Shown here piece after piece: positions 25,504 to 38,949 of a stretch of 64,000 nucleotides of DNA. The position numbers and the translations under genes were made by a program. Under the pieces are notes generated by a model. The model saw only the letters and a program-made list of their open reading frames with translations. It did no database searches and was not told where the DNA came from. The DNA is taken from positions 1,130,295 through 1,194,294 of the forward strand of contig RDEW01000007.1 of NCBI GenBank assembly GCA_011109175.1, written 5' to 3'. The number at the start of each line of letters is the position of its first letter. Position 1 is the stretch's first letter. Source of the stretch: Dicyema japonicum (Eukaryota > Animalia > Dicyemida).

Positions 25504-26088
25504 ATGAGGAGGTCCTGTGTTTTTGCACGTTGTCTTTTTCGTAATATGAGGTTAAATAAGCTTATTCACAATAAACATAGTACTGAAAATCCACTTAAAC
25601 TCCCCGACGTGGACAAAAAGGTGTATTCAGAAAAGATTAACAAAATTGTTGACCAAATTTCATCCCTGACTTTGTTGGAGGTATCAGAACTGAACATGTC
25701 TTTAAAAGTAGTGTATCCTTCAATTTCTAGGAACGCTTCAACATCGCGGATATCCCAGTCGTCTCTCATCAGCCGGTTCAACAGAGTTCTATTGAGACCG
25801 TTTTTAGTGTGACCTCATCGTAGGAAGAACCATCTGTAGTTGTGGAGAAGTCGTCTTATGTCGTCAAATTGGTGGGGTTTGATTCCACTAAGAAGATCCA
25901 AGTCATTAAGGAAATCAAGAACCGTGTCTCCGACATGAATTTGGTTCAGGTTTGATAAGGGGTCATGGAAGGCAAAAAAATTTGTTGAGTCAATTCCCCA
26001 AATTGTGAGAGGAGACGTGGGAAAGGTCGAAGCTGAGGAACTCAAGTCTGTATTGGAGGCAGTTGGTGCTATTATTGAGATTGTTTGA
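25504..26088 (+). CDS. MRPL12: Mitochondrial ribosomal protein bL12m (L7/L12)
   Basis: KINKIVDQISSLTLLEVSEL and KKIQVIKEIK...MNLVQAKKFVESIPQIVRGDVGKVEAEELKSVLEAVGAIIEIV*. Introns 25708-25730 (23 nt), 25800-25823 (24 nt) and 25950-25971 (22 nt) give an intact frame. Confidence 0.95.
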
Positions 26089-26449
26089 TTGACTAATTGG
26101 TCTTATTAGGCCCCTTATTAATATTCGTGTTAGGTTATCACTGCGATTAAAGATATTTGTGCATCTTAAGCTTTGTTGCATGAATGAATCACTTTTTGGA
26201 AACTATTTATTTTATCTCCTATATAATCGACTTAGTATATTCCTTATTGGTAGTATTAGGGATATCTATGTTTCCCACGTTGATAACATCAAAAATTGAC
26301 GTAGTAGGATGACAATTTCTGACTCAAAATGAAGGCCTGGAGTACTATCTGGACGACTGACAAACTAAATCTTAATATGTAGATGCATTTATCATTACTA
26401 TGAAGTACCAAATAGTTTGCTTGTATGAAAAACCGTTTATAAAAATATA

Positions 26450-29201
26450 ATCATCATTTTTTATGTTTTTTAATTAATTTTATTGTCCAATTGTTTGGAT
26501 GTCCTCATTAAAGGTTAAATGAACTCATATCAAATGAAAGAGTTGTTCTTCTTTCTCGAAAGTCTACTTTTAATTTGGAGGGAACTTCACTGTTCTTATT
26601 TTTTCGGTTTGCGGATTTATTCAAATTTTCCTTAGTCAAAAATTCGTTTACTAAACTTATTCAACGTGCAACCTATATCACCATCAAAGTAATTTTCCAC
26701 ATAACTAGCACGTAAAGACAACGTGTTTAAACTATCTGCTAAAATTCAACAACATACCTCGTTTTCGATTCACGCGAGTGTATAGACTCATTCAAAAATG
26801 TAATCCATCTAAAATATCAATTCAATCTCTTACGTATTTTTCGTCGGTTCATCTTTAGCTACAAATTTCATAAGTTGGTATTTATTCTTCAAAATCAAAA
26901 CAAAACTAGTGTTTTCTGAATTTTATAGATATCTCAACCATTCACTAAATCCCGGACCATAGTGTTGGAATTGAGCTCCACTATGGGAGACAAGTACAAA
27001 GTCCTAAATTGATCCTTATCCTTGTATGTTTTGAGGGTATATGAGTTGTCTGATTTCGTTAGAAGGACCAGATCGCTCTCAAAAATCAATCCATGACACT
27101 CGACACTTCGTTTTTTTATTTTCCAAGTCAAATCCCCATAGAATAGTAGTTTCAACACATTTGGGTTCATATTCTGAATTTAAGACTTTGTTTACTTTGT
27201 AGAGATTGAAGACATTTTTACATTTATAAATAGTCCTCAGTTCTTTTAAATGTCGGTGATTTTCAGTTTCTCGTACACGTTGGTTATTGTATTTGACACA
27301 TTCGCGGACATTTTTCAACAAATGAACCCATCGAGAGTATTCCAGACTGTCCTCTATGAAAGTATTACCAATAGACTCTACTATCGAGATTTTTAATGAG
27401 ATATTCGAACATAATTGGATATTTGACGAGTCTCATAATCTCCACAGAGAGAATATCCCTGAGTTGCATTTTCCTGCATAGTTTATTGGCTTCTGTAATC
27501 TGGAACTTAGTAAATCTACAAACTGTAATGAAATTCCTGAAGTTTGGGTTTTCCCCCATCATCCTCTTTAGTTTTTCTGTCTTATGCTTGCAGTTGTGTG
27601 AGAAGTCTGCACTCACTTGCTTAAATTTGTCAATATTTTCATCACTAAACTTGAAATATCACAAAAACAAATACCAAATATTCGAAAGCATCACATACTT
27701 TGTTGACGTCCAAATCGCACATTAAAAGCTTTAATTTCTTAACCACAACGTCTAAACTGAGTAATCTGTACAACCATGGAATACAATGACGTCTTCCAAG
27801 CAAATGAATAACTTTGATGCAATTTTATCAAATTTATGTTTCTTCATTGGAATATAAAATAAATTTCTCATAATCTTCAACGTCTTTAAATGAGATCTCT
27901 CCGTGCATATTATTTCTACACGTGTCTCGATTATTTACCTTTCATGATTTCATATATCTTAAAGTTCGGGTCTTCAGGTTCAGGATGAGAAATAGGCGCC
28001 GAATACTCCATATCCGAATCCACTTCAACCTCACAATAACTAAAAATAACAGGAAAACGACTTTGTAGACTTAGCAAGGTAATTTTCAAGTAAATTCTAA
28101 AAATGTTTTAAAATTTTACTGTTTTAAATCCCCAAGGCCTCGTTTCGTTTTTAGAATTTCTACAATATCAACTATTTAGTACTTTTTGGTGACTTTTTTT
28201 GTGACTATAAATTAATTTAGGATTTTACAGTGGTTGTTTATTCCTGATGTTATCTCTTTGGAAAAATTGTACTTTTTGCTATTACAGCATTCAATGAAAT
28301 AATCCTGACAGGAAAAGTGGACGACAGACTCGCACTCTGTTATTTTAAGACTAAGCAGTAACTTTTACAGCAAATCCCTTGAGGCGCGGTTCCCCAGATT
28401 AGTCTTGTACAGAAAGAACACAAAGTTATTTCCGTGAGGTTTATCGGGTACCACGTGTGATGTAATGTTAATTGATACTTAATAAATTATGGAGATACCA
28501 GTACTGAATACGATTTTTTTCTCCCTTCGTTGTCCTCAAAAAGTTAAAATTAATTTGGTTGTCCTTGTCGATGGAATAAAAATCAATTATGATTTCCAAG
28601 CACATCAAAACAGCTCTCTGGAAATCTTTTCGGTCGTCATTCAAAGACAGATATTTATTTCTATATAAAACTACACATTACCTCAGACTAGCACATTGGT
28701 TGCCGATTGTGGACAAAAAATCAATCCTAGAAAGGATATTGACATCCTTAATTGAATGTGTGTCGAAATGTGGAGTGTCTGAGATTATTCTGTAATTTAC
28801 AATATTTCATGAAATTGTTGAATTGTGATATAATTTCTTTTTGAAAGGATGTTCTGTTGATATTGAAAATAGAAATTATGATTTTCTTGTCTGTTTCTTC
28901 GTTCAAAAGCCTGAAACTGTTCCTTCTTTGTCTTTGAGAAATATTCACAGAGAGAGGACTTTGTTCGTGCAAAAATATGGACATAATCTCATAAACAGAA
29001 GTCTTTAAATCCATATGATCATTGTATTTTTTGTTTTTGTAAATTTCAATAAGATTTAAAAACAACTAAAACCGTCAAACCTATAGTTACAATCAAATTT
29101 GGGGTTCCATGTTCAATCAGATACCCAATGAATGCAATATTGATCGGTGGGTGGTAAAACAAAGTCATTTTATCATTAAGTAAGTTCACAAGTGAGTTCA
29201 T
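26450..29201 (-). CDS. ARHGEF12: RGS-RhoGEF (ARHGEF1/11/12, RhoGEF2 family)
   Basis: RH domain YEIMSIFLHEQSPLSVNI. DH domain CRKMQLRDILSVEIMRLVKYPIM and VKYNNQRVRETENHRHL. PH domain LLFYGDLTWKI...LSPIVEL. Ends approximate and paralogue not resolvable. Confidence 0.85.
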
Positions 29202-29769
29202 ATTAGTTAATGGTTTTGTGTTCCACTTAAAATATTATAAATGGACACATTAATTGAATAGTACATTTTTCTCTTCAATTTTGTGAGGTCGACCATTCAA
29301 ATTGGTACAAACTAATTATAAAATTTGAGATAATTCTCAAACTATTAAATTTTAAACTACGTTGAATTATTTATATATCAAATGCGCGCTATTAAATTTC
29401 TCCGACCTGTGTCTATCAAATTAATGTTGTCATTAATGGTCTGCTGTAAGGGATTTCATGTTAACAACCATTAATTTATGGAATAATTAAGTTTTTAAGA
29501 GAATTTTATTTCTTAAAATTGATGACATCAATAAGTATAAACTATACCACCAGAATATCTGATTACTTATCATTTTTTGATATTCAATCTTTTTTATTGA
29601 GTTGTTGATACCTGTCTTTATAGTACTTTCAGTCTGTTGGTTGTAAGAACTAGTAGAATGATAGTAGGGAATAAATGCGGACGAAGCTGGGATCGTAAAA
29701 GTTGTTTTAATTAACTAATCCTTTTATTTTATTCTCATTAAAATCAGTTTTTATTTTATTTATTTTTAT

Positions 29770-30440
29770 TTAAAAACCAAGGATCATCGACAAAATAGGA
29801 GAGAATACGTGGTCGTCAGATGATCCAGGACTCCTTATCAGCTTTCATTTTTGCTCGCTGTTCGTCCCGAGATCTGACCCGATTTCTTTATGCACGAGTT
29901 ACTTTGAGGAACTTTGGAGGTGTTAATAGGGCTCTTGTTCTTCTCACAAGTGCCTTGAAAGGAGTTGGTCTTATCGTCAAGGAGAACCTTTGTAGAGTCC
30001 TAATGACTGACTCATAAGAGACTTCGATTTTTTGTTGGACAGGTTTGTCCCCCATGCAGCACAGCTATAACTGATTGTTGGTTGTATGTATTATAGGGTA
30101 AATTTAACGTTGAAGTGAATCAGCCTTTACAAGGAGTGTTTTTACAAAGTTCATTTTTCTTTGGGAGATGACGTTGTTAACGTTTTACTGAATTTGATGA
30201 GGGTTGTACGTAACCAATAACTTAACAGAGTTTTTGGAAGGGATTTATTCTCCATTAAGAGTTGAGGGCAGTTCAGAGTTAGTTAGTCTTCTACTTGAAG
30301 TGGAAATTATTGTGGATGACTTTTCAGGACTTGTGTATAATAGGTTCTTCACAAGCCAACTGCTCAGGTTGTCTAATATATCTCGTTTCACCAGAATCTA
30401 ACCTGCCTGAGGATAATGATGAACAGGGAGGCGAGGACGG
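29770..30440 (-). mobile_element. I/Jockey-group LINE 3' fragment
   Basis: Post-RT-like PTISYSCAAWGTNLSNKK...ESVIRTLQRFSL with an A-rich 3' flank. Confidence 0.55.
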
Positions 30441-30599
30441 TTACTAATCATTAAATGTAACTTTTTGGTTGGTAAAATAAAGTATTTTTATTAAAATAAT
30501 AATTAGTGGTTAATCGATGATATATTAATTACTCAAATATTCGTAATTGGTTCCAAACATTTTTGTGAATACATTCTCTATCAGTTACAAAACTTAGTA

Positions 30600-32905
30600 C
30601 TCGATTTGCCACCAACTTTCTTGTTTCGTTAAATTTATTCTCGTCGTCTTCATTTCCAAAGGTCTCGGATATTTGAACATCAAACTAATCAATATAAAAT
30701 CACTCATACCTCTGCCGTCATTTCTGGCCTTAAATTGAACTGTTCTTCATACCACAACTCAAATTCTAACATGTTGACTAACAAATACCTTTTAGTAGTG
30801 TTTCCCGGCATTTTATAACTGCTGTGTTTGTGTAGGCCACTTTTTGCTTTATATTTCTGATATTCTCGTATAATTCATAATAATTATCTCTTTTCAATTT
30901 CATTAGTTTAATTAGGTTGTATTCCTCCTCAGTTATAACTTCCTCTCCGTCAGATCCATAAAAAACCCCCTCTACCGTAATTTTCTATGAAATACCGATC
31001 TCCCGTCTTTCCGTGGTTTTAGAGTTTATTTGGCTTTTCAAGTCCTCAATTTGAGACTTTAAGGAATTGAGCTCTCTAGCAATCTCGGAATACTCGATTT
31101 TTAATTTTCTAGTAATTTCTTATGTAAAATGGCTCATAACCCTTATTCTCAATTAATGTGTAATACAAATCCTTCCCCTCTCCAATTTTGTATTCTTCAA
31201 AGGCCTCTGATGAGGATGGAATCGGTCTTTGTTTTACTTACCCCTTACTCTTTTTCGACCTCTTCCGCTTTTCCATTTGAGATCTTTGTAGTCCTAATGA
31301 TTAGTTTGGTAATGTCAACCCACGTGATTGCCTATTCTTTTTCGAGACAAACTCGTTGGAAGCCTATAATTATTGTTATTTTTTTACGTTTTCAACTGAT
31401 TCTGACACTTTGAAGGAATTATCAATATTCTGTTTGCTAAAATTGTTAAAAAAATAAACTTCCAAATTCTTTGGAAAGTTTGAAAATATGCCTGAACTTG
31501 TCTGAAGTTTTGAACCTCGATTTCAGGTAATTGTCCCTTCAGGAATTTCTCCGCTTTTTCCGCAATTTCAAACTTTTGCTGTTCCGATATTTCCTCATGA
31601 GAGGTTATTGGTTTGTTTATCTGAAGTTTATATTAAATAGTAACGAATGAATCGTGCATGTACAACTCGTTTTTTAGGAATTTAATTTCTTCCATTAATT
31701 TTTTAACCTTAGACTTGAAAATTTAACATATTAGTTTTACATTTGCGTCAATGAGGTCACTTTTTACAGCTTTTACTTGAATCTTCATCATTCTTGATGA
31801 AAATCTTAGTGTGGAAACCTAAAATTGCTTTATAGCTTAAACTGTCTCCTGAATATGTCTTTCATCCTCCCAAATGTTCGAAATTAGGACCACATTGCTG
31901 GTCCCGTTCAAAGAATCCTGCAAATAATGAGTCAAAGTGCTCTGTCTATAAGGCACGTGGTCTCTTGACTTGTTGACCATAGCCACTACTGTTTGTTCTA
32001 GGAATGAAAGAGATTTATTGATGTAAATAGCCTCTGTTTTGCTATCACCAGACACCTTGGATGAATAAGAGAGATCACCTCAGACTTTCCAATCCTCTCA
32101 GACCCCGCCAAATCAACAAAGTTTATTTTAGAGAGACTGTAATTGGCGTTTTCTTTGTCAGGGTCGTGTGACTGGGATGATTATACAATGACCTCAATAT
32201 AAATTGTGTATATGCAGTGAGAACGGGAAGAATTCTTATTTAGAGAATGGGGTCTTTGCGTTCTATTTAATTCTCCCTTTTGTATATTACAGAATTTAAA
32301 CCTCAAAAAGCAAATAAAGGGCATCCTCTTCATTTTTGACCTGAAGATAAGATAGTCCCTTGATGTAAGTCCCAATCTCATCGTCGACTACTTGATAATC
32401 AATATTTTTATCTGGTTTAATCAAATCATATATTCTGTCATTATATATTTCAAAATATGAAACTCTAAAATATATATTCACTTGAACCTGATTATAATGT
32501 TTGATCTTGGTTTATTTGAAATCTTTCTAAATAGACTATTCAGTCCTCTGGGAACGATTCCTCTGTTTTCGTACTTTTCAGTGGCTCCAAACATGGTGTA
32601 TGTTTTTCCAGAACCAGTCTGTCCGTAACACATCACAATTCCGTTAAATCCAAGTAAGGCTTTGTCGATGATTGATTCAGTAGTTTCGTTGTATAACTTT
32701 TCCTGGGAAATGTTATGGAAAATGTTGTTGAAAGTGAAGGACCAATCATTGATTTGGTTATTTACAATGTAATTTCCGTCCCTGTTTATGTGAATTCCAA
32801 TTTCCTGTAATTTTTCAATTTATTAGTAACTTTGTTATCAATAGAAATCATATTATTCTGCTCATTACTGGGACGAACACGCACATAAACTTTTGCAGAG
32901 CTCAT
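30600..32905 (-). CDS. KIF9: Kinesin-9 family motor (KIF9-like)
   Basis: MSSAKVYVRVRP, GQTGSGKTYTMFG, VSYFEIYNDRIYDL, NKNSSRSHCIYTI, FVDLAGSER and INKSLSFLEQTVVAM...HVPYRQSTLTHYLQDSLNG, followed by a coiled-coil tail. The 3' end is approximate. Confidence 0.88.
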
Positions 32906-33440
32906 TGACTAATTGACTTTGATACCAAGGAAACAATTTTAGTTGATTTATATAATTTCTTAAACTTTAAGAGTATTTTAGAACAAATCTATTAATTTTT
33001 AGTAATTTGGGATCAATTTATGTTTATCAGAAAAATCAATATTTTTAATGATTGCCATGAATTTCTTCCCTGAACTTCGTAATGATTGACTCAAGATATA
33101 TTAAATATACAAAGTTTCGAACGAAAGAGCGTCGAGTACAGTATGTTGTAGATCCAAACCTTCACCTATACCCATAAATGTTCGTTTTTCAATCTGTTCA
33201 TTACCTTTTTGGTGAATCCATAAGATTGGATTTTCCATATATGTAACAATTATTTAACTAAAATAAAAGCGTGATCTCTTCACCAATACAACATAAAAAA
33301 TGGACCATAAATGCTGGTTTTCTAAGAATTTTTTACTCAACAAAATTAGGTCATCCGAAACACAAAAATAATGATAAATTTTGATGTTTACAAATATCGT
33401 TTTCTGTTTTATTAAAAATAATATTTATTATGTTTTAAAA

Positions 33441-34836
33441 ATGAAAAAATTAGGACAAAAATTGATGATGCTGATTCTTTGTTATACATGATATAATTTT
33501 AGATTTTTCTGTAATAACTTCAATCATCCATCACAGGAGCAGTTTGAAGAATCGTAAGATAGACAGGACCTCAACATGTGATATATTCATGAACGGATTA
33601 AAAATCAATTTTCCCAATAGAGAAGTTTCATTATATTTAATTGAAGGAATATTACGACTGGCATCACGGATCTGACTCACAGTCAGCATGGGAACTTGAT
33701 TGCATGAGTAGTTTTTCCCTCGGCAATAATAGATGGATATTTTTTGAAATAAATACCACTAATGATGTTCTAGTAATTGACATGGCTGTCATGATAGGTA
33801 ATAATTTCTCAAATATTGCAGATGATAGGATTTACAGATCTCACAATATTACAGGAGGGAATACTTTCAGAAATTTGTACAGATGTGCAAGAACAGTAGT
33901 ACAATTTTCACATTTTTCTGTTATACTTTATTTCCTTCGAATAAATATTGACCAAAATATTTTTTTAATTTATTCAAGTAATTACTTTTTATATATTTTT
34001 GATTATTTGGCGAACGATTGTGACCCCAAAAACAACCAAAGTGTCCCAATATGGGTTTTAAATGATTATGATGTGGTACACGGAATAATAAGTGGAGAGT
34101 TCAAAGTTAGACTTTCAAATAAAGAAAATGCAATTGAAGAAGTAAATGATTTGTTTAAACTTAGAAAAAATTTCGATTACTGGATGAATCTGATTATGTC
34201 TCATATAAACTTATAAACGAAAGTCATGTCACAGTTATATTTCATTATTATAATACGATAATTTATATTATGTTTTTAATGGATTCTACTGAATATTATA
34301 TTTATAATATTAAAATATCCATTAATGGCGCAGTTGTTAACCACACTATTCTTCCTTCAAATGTATTTAAAAGGATTAAGGTTGGACAATATTATGAGTG
34401 TGAACCAATCTTGATTTCTATTAGCGGTGGAAATTTTATCGAAATTACATATTTAAAGGCTCAATTTTTCAAAAACAATTCGAATTTTGAGTTTGAGGGA
34501 AAAGGTTATCACAGTTTAATATTTAGGTTCGAATTGCTTTTATGATGAAATCAGAAATAAAGACAACAATATCAACGAAATAATTCATAAAAGTTCCAAA
34601 AATAACGACAACAATATCAACGAAATAATTCATAAAAGTTCAAAAATAACGACAACAAAATAATTCATAAAAGTTCCAAAAATAACGACAAATTTAAAAA
34701 TAAACTAAATTATCACCATGCCAAAAAAAATTGGAATTTTGGAAATAAAATAATATGGGTTTCCTCCGTTGGATTAGTGGCTGTAGTTGTCGTCACAGCC
34801 ACTACGATCATTTATTACAAAATTTGGCTCTCATAA
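33441..34836 (+). CDS. Orphan surface protein: signal peptide, ectodomain, 15-aa repeat stalk, C-terminal TM
   Basis: Introns 33481-33502, 33625-33646, 34198-34223 and 34505-34526 join the ORFs. N-terminus MKKLGQKLMMLILYFSVITSII; C-terminus KIIWVSSVGLVAVVVVTATTIIYYKIWLS*. One missing C at ~34641 breaks the frame. Confidence 0.7.
34556..34692 (+). repeat. 45-bp coding tandem repeat, about 3 copies (NDNNINEIIHKSSKN)
   Basis: Unit AACGACAACAATATCAACGAAATAATTCATAAAAGTTCCAAAAAT. Copy 2 lacks one C and copy 3 is shortened by 9 nt. Confidence 0.9.
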
Positions 34837-34939
34837 TCTTAGATTATTTAATTTGGTGGACTTATTTTTCGATATTTAATTGGGTTGAATTAATTTTAAT
34901 TGTTTAATACCAATTTTAACAGTCTTCCTGAAAGTCATG

Positions 34940-35480
34940 TTAGTTACATCAAATACGTGAACCGATCAAGCAGCACTTCGTATTTTTTATCCTTGGCTTT
35001 CGTTGCTTTTTCCGCAGCATACAGTGTGTCTACCGCGCTTCTGACCATGTTGGATGGACAAAGGGGTCGATGCAGGTGGCATTGGCTTCCCCTCCTCGAA
35101 TAGAAAGATTCTAATTCCGTCCGGCCGTTTTCCGCCTCCTCTGTCCAGGCCGACCAGTTCAAGTATGGAAAAATATCCAGAAGACTCCAGGGCTCGCTTA
35201 ACAATTCCGTTGATCGCCTATATCTTGGGAATCGTTCTACGATTCTTTGGAAAGAAAGGGTATGATGTCCATAATAGTCGACGGTAACATCGCACATACA
35301 CTTGTGAGTCTACAAATCTTCAGTCCAAATCTGATAGAGATGCGGACAGTATAGTCGTCGAAGGTGGGTCTCGACGGTTCTGACCGGGAAGGCATTGATA
35401 CAAGAGCACTCTATTCGCATCTTCCTGTTACTAGAGAGTCGAGACGGTGTTGGTTTGATTGGTTCAGAAGCCTCCTATAA
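34940..35480 (-). mobile_element. CRE-like RLE fragment
   Basis: CDVTVDYYGHHTLSF, GLDRGGGKRPDGIRIF (alternative frame) and AAEKATKAKDKKYE. Confidence 0.7.
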
Positions 35481-35739
35481 TTATCTTCGCAGGTTTTCCA
35501 TATGAGTTATGAACATATTGTAAACGAACAACATGAACTGTTACTTCAGACCCCCGGAGTACCTATTTGAGTTGGTTGTAGCTATTTAACAAGCGCAGGA
35601 AGAATTTCTCTGGACATAATAATAAGTACTAAATATTTTCAAAATGGTTATAAATGTTTAGATCCACACTTGTTACCGTGGCAAAGTCGTTACCTTTTAA
35701 CATTGATATTTGAATTTTTTATTGTCAAGACCGAATAAA

Positions 35740-36260
35740 ATAAAAATAATCACCAGCGGCTACCCTGACAGCGTGGCTTCTGTTGGTGCAGAAATCCGAT
35801 TCCCTAGACGACTCAAGAATTCCAGCGTCACAGACGCAAGAGAACCACGTACTTTGCCCTTTTTGACCTCTCGGCCTTTTCAACAGAGAGTGGAATAAAC
35901 AAAAAGATCCTCAATTAGGACCACGTACTTTTTCCTTTTTGACCTCTTGGCTTTCTCAGCGGCAGAACAGGCTCCAGAAGCACTCTTGTGTAGGTTGCAA
36001 TGGGTGAATGTTTCGGTGCAGATGACGTCCCAGAGATAGGTTTCCCGGTTTTAAGGGAAGGATGGTTATCCCATCTACTCGTTTCCCGTCACGCCTGCAA
36101 AGACCGACTGGTTCGTGCATAGAAAGATGTTTAGCATGGGATCGCCTAACGAATATTTTCAAGGCCATCTGTCTGGGAGATCTGCCCGCACTCTTCCTGC
36201 AGGAAAGAGGGTGTAGGCAAAAACAGTCAATCTGGTCTCCGTATCGGCATTAATGGGGCA
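35740..36260 (-). mobile_element. CRE-like RLE fragment
   Basis: HEPVGLCRRDGKRVDGITILP. Confidence 0.7.
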
Positions 36261-36359
36261 CATGTAATTTTAATTCCAGTCGTAGTGAGATCTCAATACG
36301 GACGCATTCATCTTCCAGAAAGGTACTCTAAATTCAACTATGAATGGCGTTGAGCCAGA

Positions 36360-38766
36360 AACAAGTCGGAGTCAGTGATAAAAAGGTCGACTCCCTCTTG
36401 ATCGCAAATTTTGTTTATTAGTATAAGACAAAATTCAAATATTAATTGTAGTAGTAGATAATTAGATGTAATTATAAAATATTTAAAATGGTATATATTT
36501 TAATTAAATATATGGCATAGTGGTTAGGTGTCGGGCTTAAGTGGCTTAGGCTACAGGTTCGAATCTCCCTGCTATTCACCTGGTGGAAGGTTCCACGCAT
36601 CTACGATGCAGAAAGGGTTTGACGAGTGACGCCGTCATCAGTGGATACTCACTGCGGAACTGGATTGTCTAGAAAGGACCCACACACAAGAAAAAGAAAA
36701 AAAGAAGTGAAGATCATTCCTTGGTTTACGATTAGTAAAATTAACTGTTCTTTACTTAAATAAAGTGTGTGTCCTGCCTATGCGGAGCTATAAATATCGT
36801 GAAAAGGCTTTATTATTATTTTTAATAAAATAAACAACGTGTTTTTAACAAAAATTAGTTCATTTTGTGGAAATGATAAAAATGCGCCTACGAGGGATTC
36901 AAATCTCAAGAGACATTTATTGAGATTCCATCCAAATATTCTAAATATTGTTGATAAAAAGGATTCAAAAAATGAACAAACATTCAATAGTATTAGTTTT
37001 CCTTTGATGTGTCTCTTAGAAAATACTACATCTCCAAGTCAGCCAGTATTAAATAAGTTTTTTCAATCTGATAAAATTACTATATTCATGGATGCTGAAA
37101 AATTTTAAATGCATCTCATTGAACTTGTTTATGTGAATTGTGTACCTCTCACTTTTTTCGCAACCAGGATTTCTTGGACTTAATGGAGAAATAGCCAAGA
37201 AGTTAGGCATTTCACTAGAGAGACAAATTATACGAAATCTCGTTATTGACGAAGCCATAAAGATAAAAAACAATTTGAAAACTCTCCTCGTTGAAATATT
37301 ATTATATTAAAATGGATTGTACACGACACCAGTAAATTATTTCTCAATAATGCACGATTCTATTCTCCGAATGGCCAAGTTGCTACGAAGACATTAGCAT
37401 TAAAAACACTGCAGCTCACCATGACAGAAATCATCTGAAAAAATTGTTTGAAGGTAATTGAAGATTATGAAATTAAGAAGGAACAGATTTTGTGCCGACA
37501 ATGCTGCGAACATGATAAAATTAATTGCCAAGATAAATGATACAACTCAGAGAGATGTTAAGAAAATCATGATTCTGATGATATATTAGATAACATCACT
37601 GAAGATGCTTCAATGTTATGCCAAATCCAGCACATGCGATGGGCAGTACACACACTACAATTGGCTATTAGAGATGGCTTAAAAATCCTTATATTACAGG
37701 AATAATCAATATATACCGACAAATATCTGTATCAGCACGTACATCAAGATTGATAATATTCTACAACGAAGAGCGGGGAAAGGTGCTATACATGATCAGG
37801 CAACACGCTGGGGAAATACACTATGATTCGTCGATTAATTGAATTAAAGTCTTTTATTGAGGATGTTGACAACCAAAACATTTCATTAACTGAAAATCAA
37901 TGTGAATAACTTTTATAATTGGAATGTTTTATATCTTTTTTTCCAAACTACAAAACGGTTACAGGCGGAAATTTAACAGGTGGATCATTTCTGTGGAATG
38001 GAAAAATTTAATATATACAAATTCCAAAAGAGGAGGATTGATTTCAAAATTAATTACAATTTCAATGAAAAAAAACGAAGCTCAATTGCTAAACAATGAC
38101 ATCCTGTTGGCTTCTGTCTATGTTGATCCAAGGAACAGAGTGCTCTTAACGGATGAACAGGTAAATATAACGAAAAAGGGATTATTTTACCTTGAACTAA
38201 AAATCAAGAGACTGGAATCACAAAACATGTGAGGATACATATTCATATAATATTGACATTCAAATTGAACCCAGTTCCTCATTGTCGAATGACGATTTCG
38301 AAAATTATTTGAACAAAATTGAAAGTGCAAAACGAATTAAAACCAGCCACTTAAGATTTGAATTCAAAATTGAAACTTTTAAAACAAGAGTTCGATTCCG
38401 CAGCTGATGTGATACTTCAATACGATCGTTTTTGTCAAATACCACTTCATGATCTTATTGAGTATTACCCTGAAGCTATCAAAAAATCAGCTATGATATC
38501 TCTTGCTCTACCTCCTACACAAGTCAGCGTAGAATAGCTGTTTTCTAGGGTATAATTTTCAAATCAGACCTTTGAGCTTCTATGAAGGAAGACCTGGTCG
38601 AAGCTATATTATTTCTAAAAAATAATAGTTAAATTTTCTTTTCTAAATGTTTTTTTTGTTATTCTTTTTTTATAACGTCTGAATTTTTTTATATAATAAC
38701 AGGAGTCGAAGAAATAATATTTGAGAAGTCGGAGTCGTGCTATATTTTACCGACTCCACAGCCCTG
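36360..38766 (+). mobile_element. hAT-superfamily DNA transposon remnant
   Basis: BED-like RDSNLKRHLLRFH, HMRWAVHTLQLAIRDGL, DQATRWGNT, LASVYVDPR and dimerisation motif PPTQVSVE*LFS. The right TIR-like end is CCGACTCCACAGCCCTG (38750-38766). GTCGGAGTC subterminal repeats occur at both ends; the left TIR is eroded. Confidence 0.8.
36510..36820 (+). mobile_element. tRNA-derived SINE family 1, full-length copy nested in the hAT remnant
   Basis: A-box TGGCATAGTGG (36513), B-box GGTTCGAATCT (36556), a body shared with 18585-18807, and a TTA tail. Confidence 0.88.
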
Positions 38767-38949
38767 CTAGAAAGCATATAATCCTTGAAGAGCCCCAGGA
38801 AAAGAAAATGATCTTTTACGTGGCTGATTTGTTATTAATGTTTTTGTTTATATTTTAGAATAAAATACTATTGATCTTAAAAAATTAAAATGAAGTTATA
38901 TTATTATAATAAATGATGTAAAAATTACAATTTTTAAATTTCAAGTCAG

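Noticed and set aside
34556-34692. CRISPR-like or non-coding repeat array
   Set aside because: There are no spacers, the 45-bp unit is in frame with a coding exon, and the context is eukaryotic.
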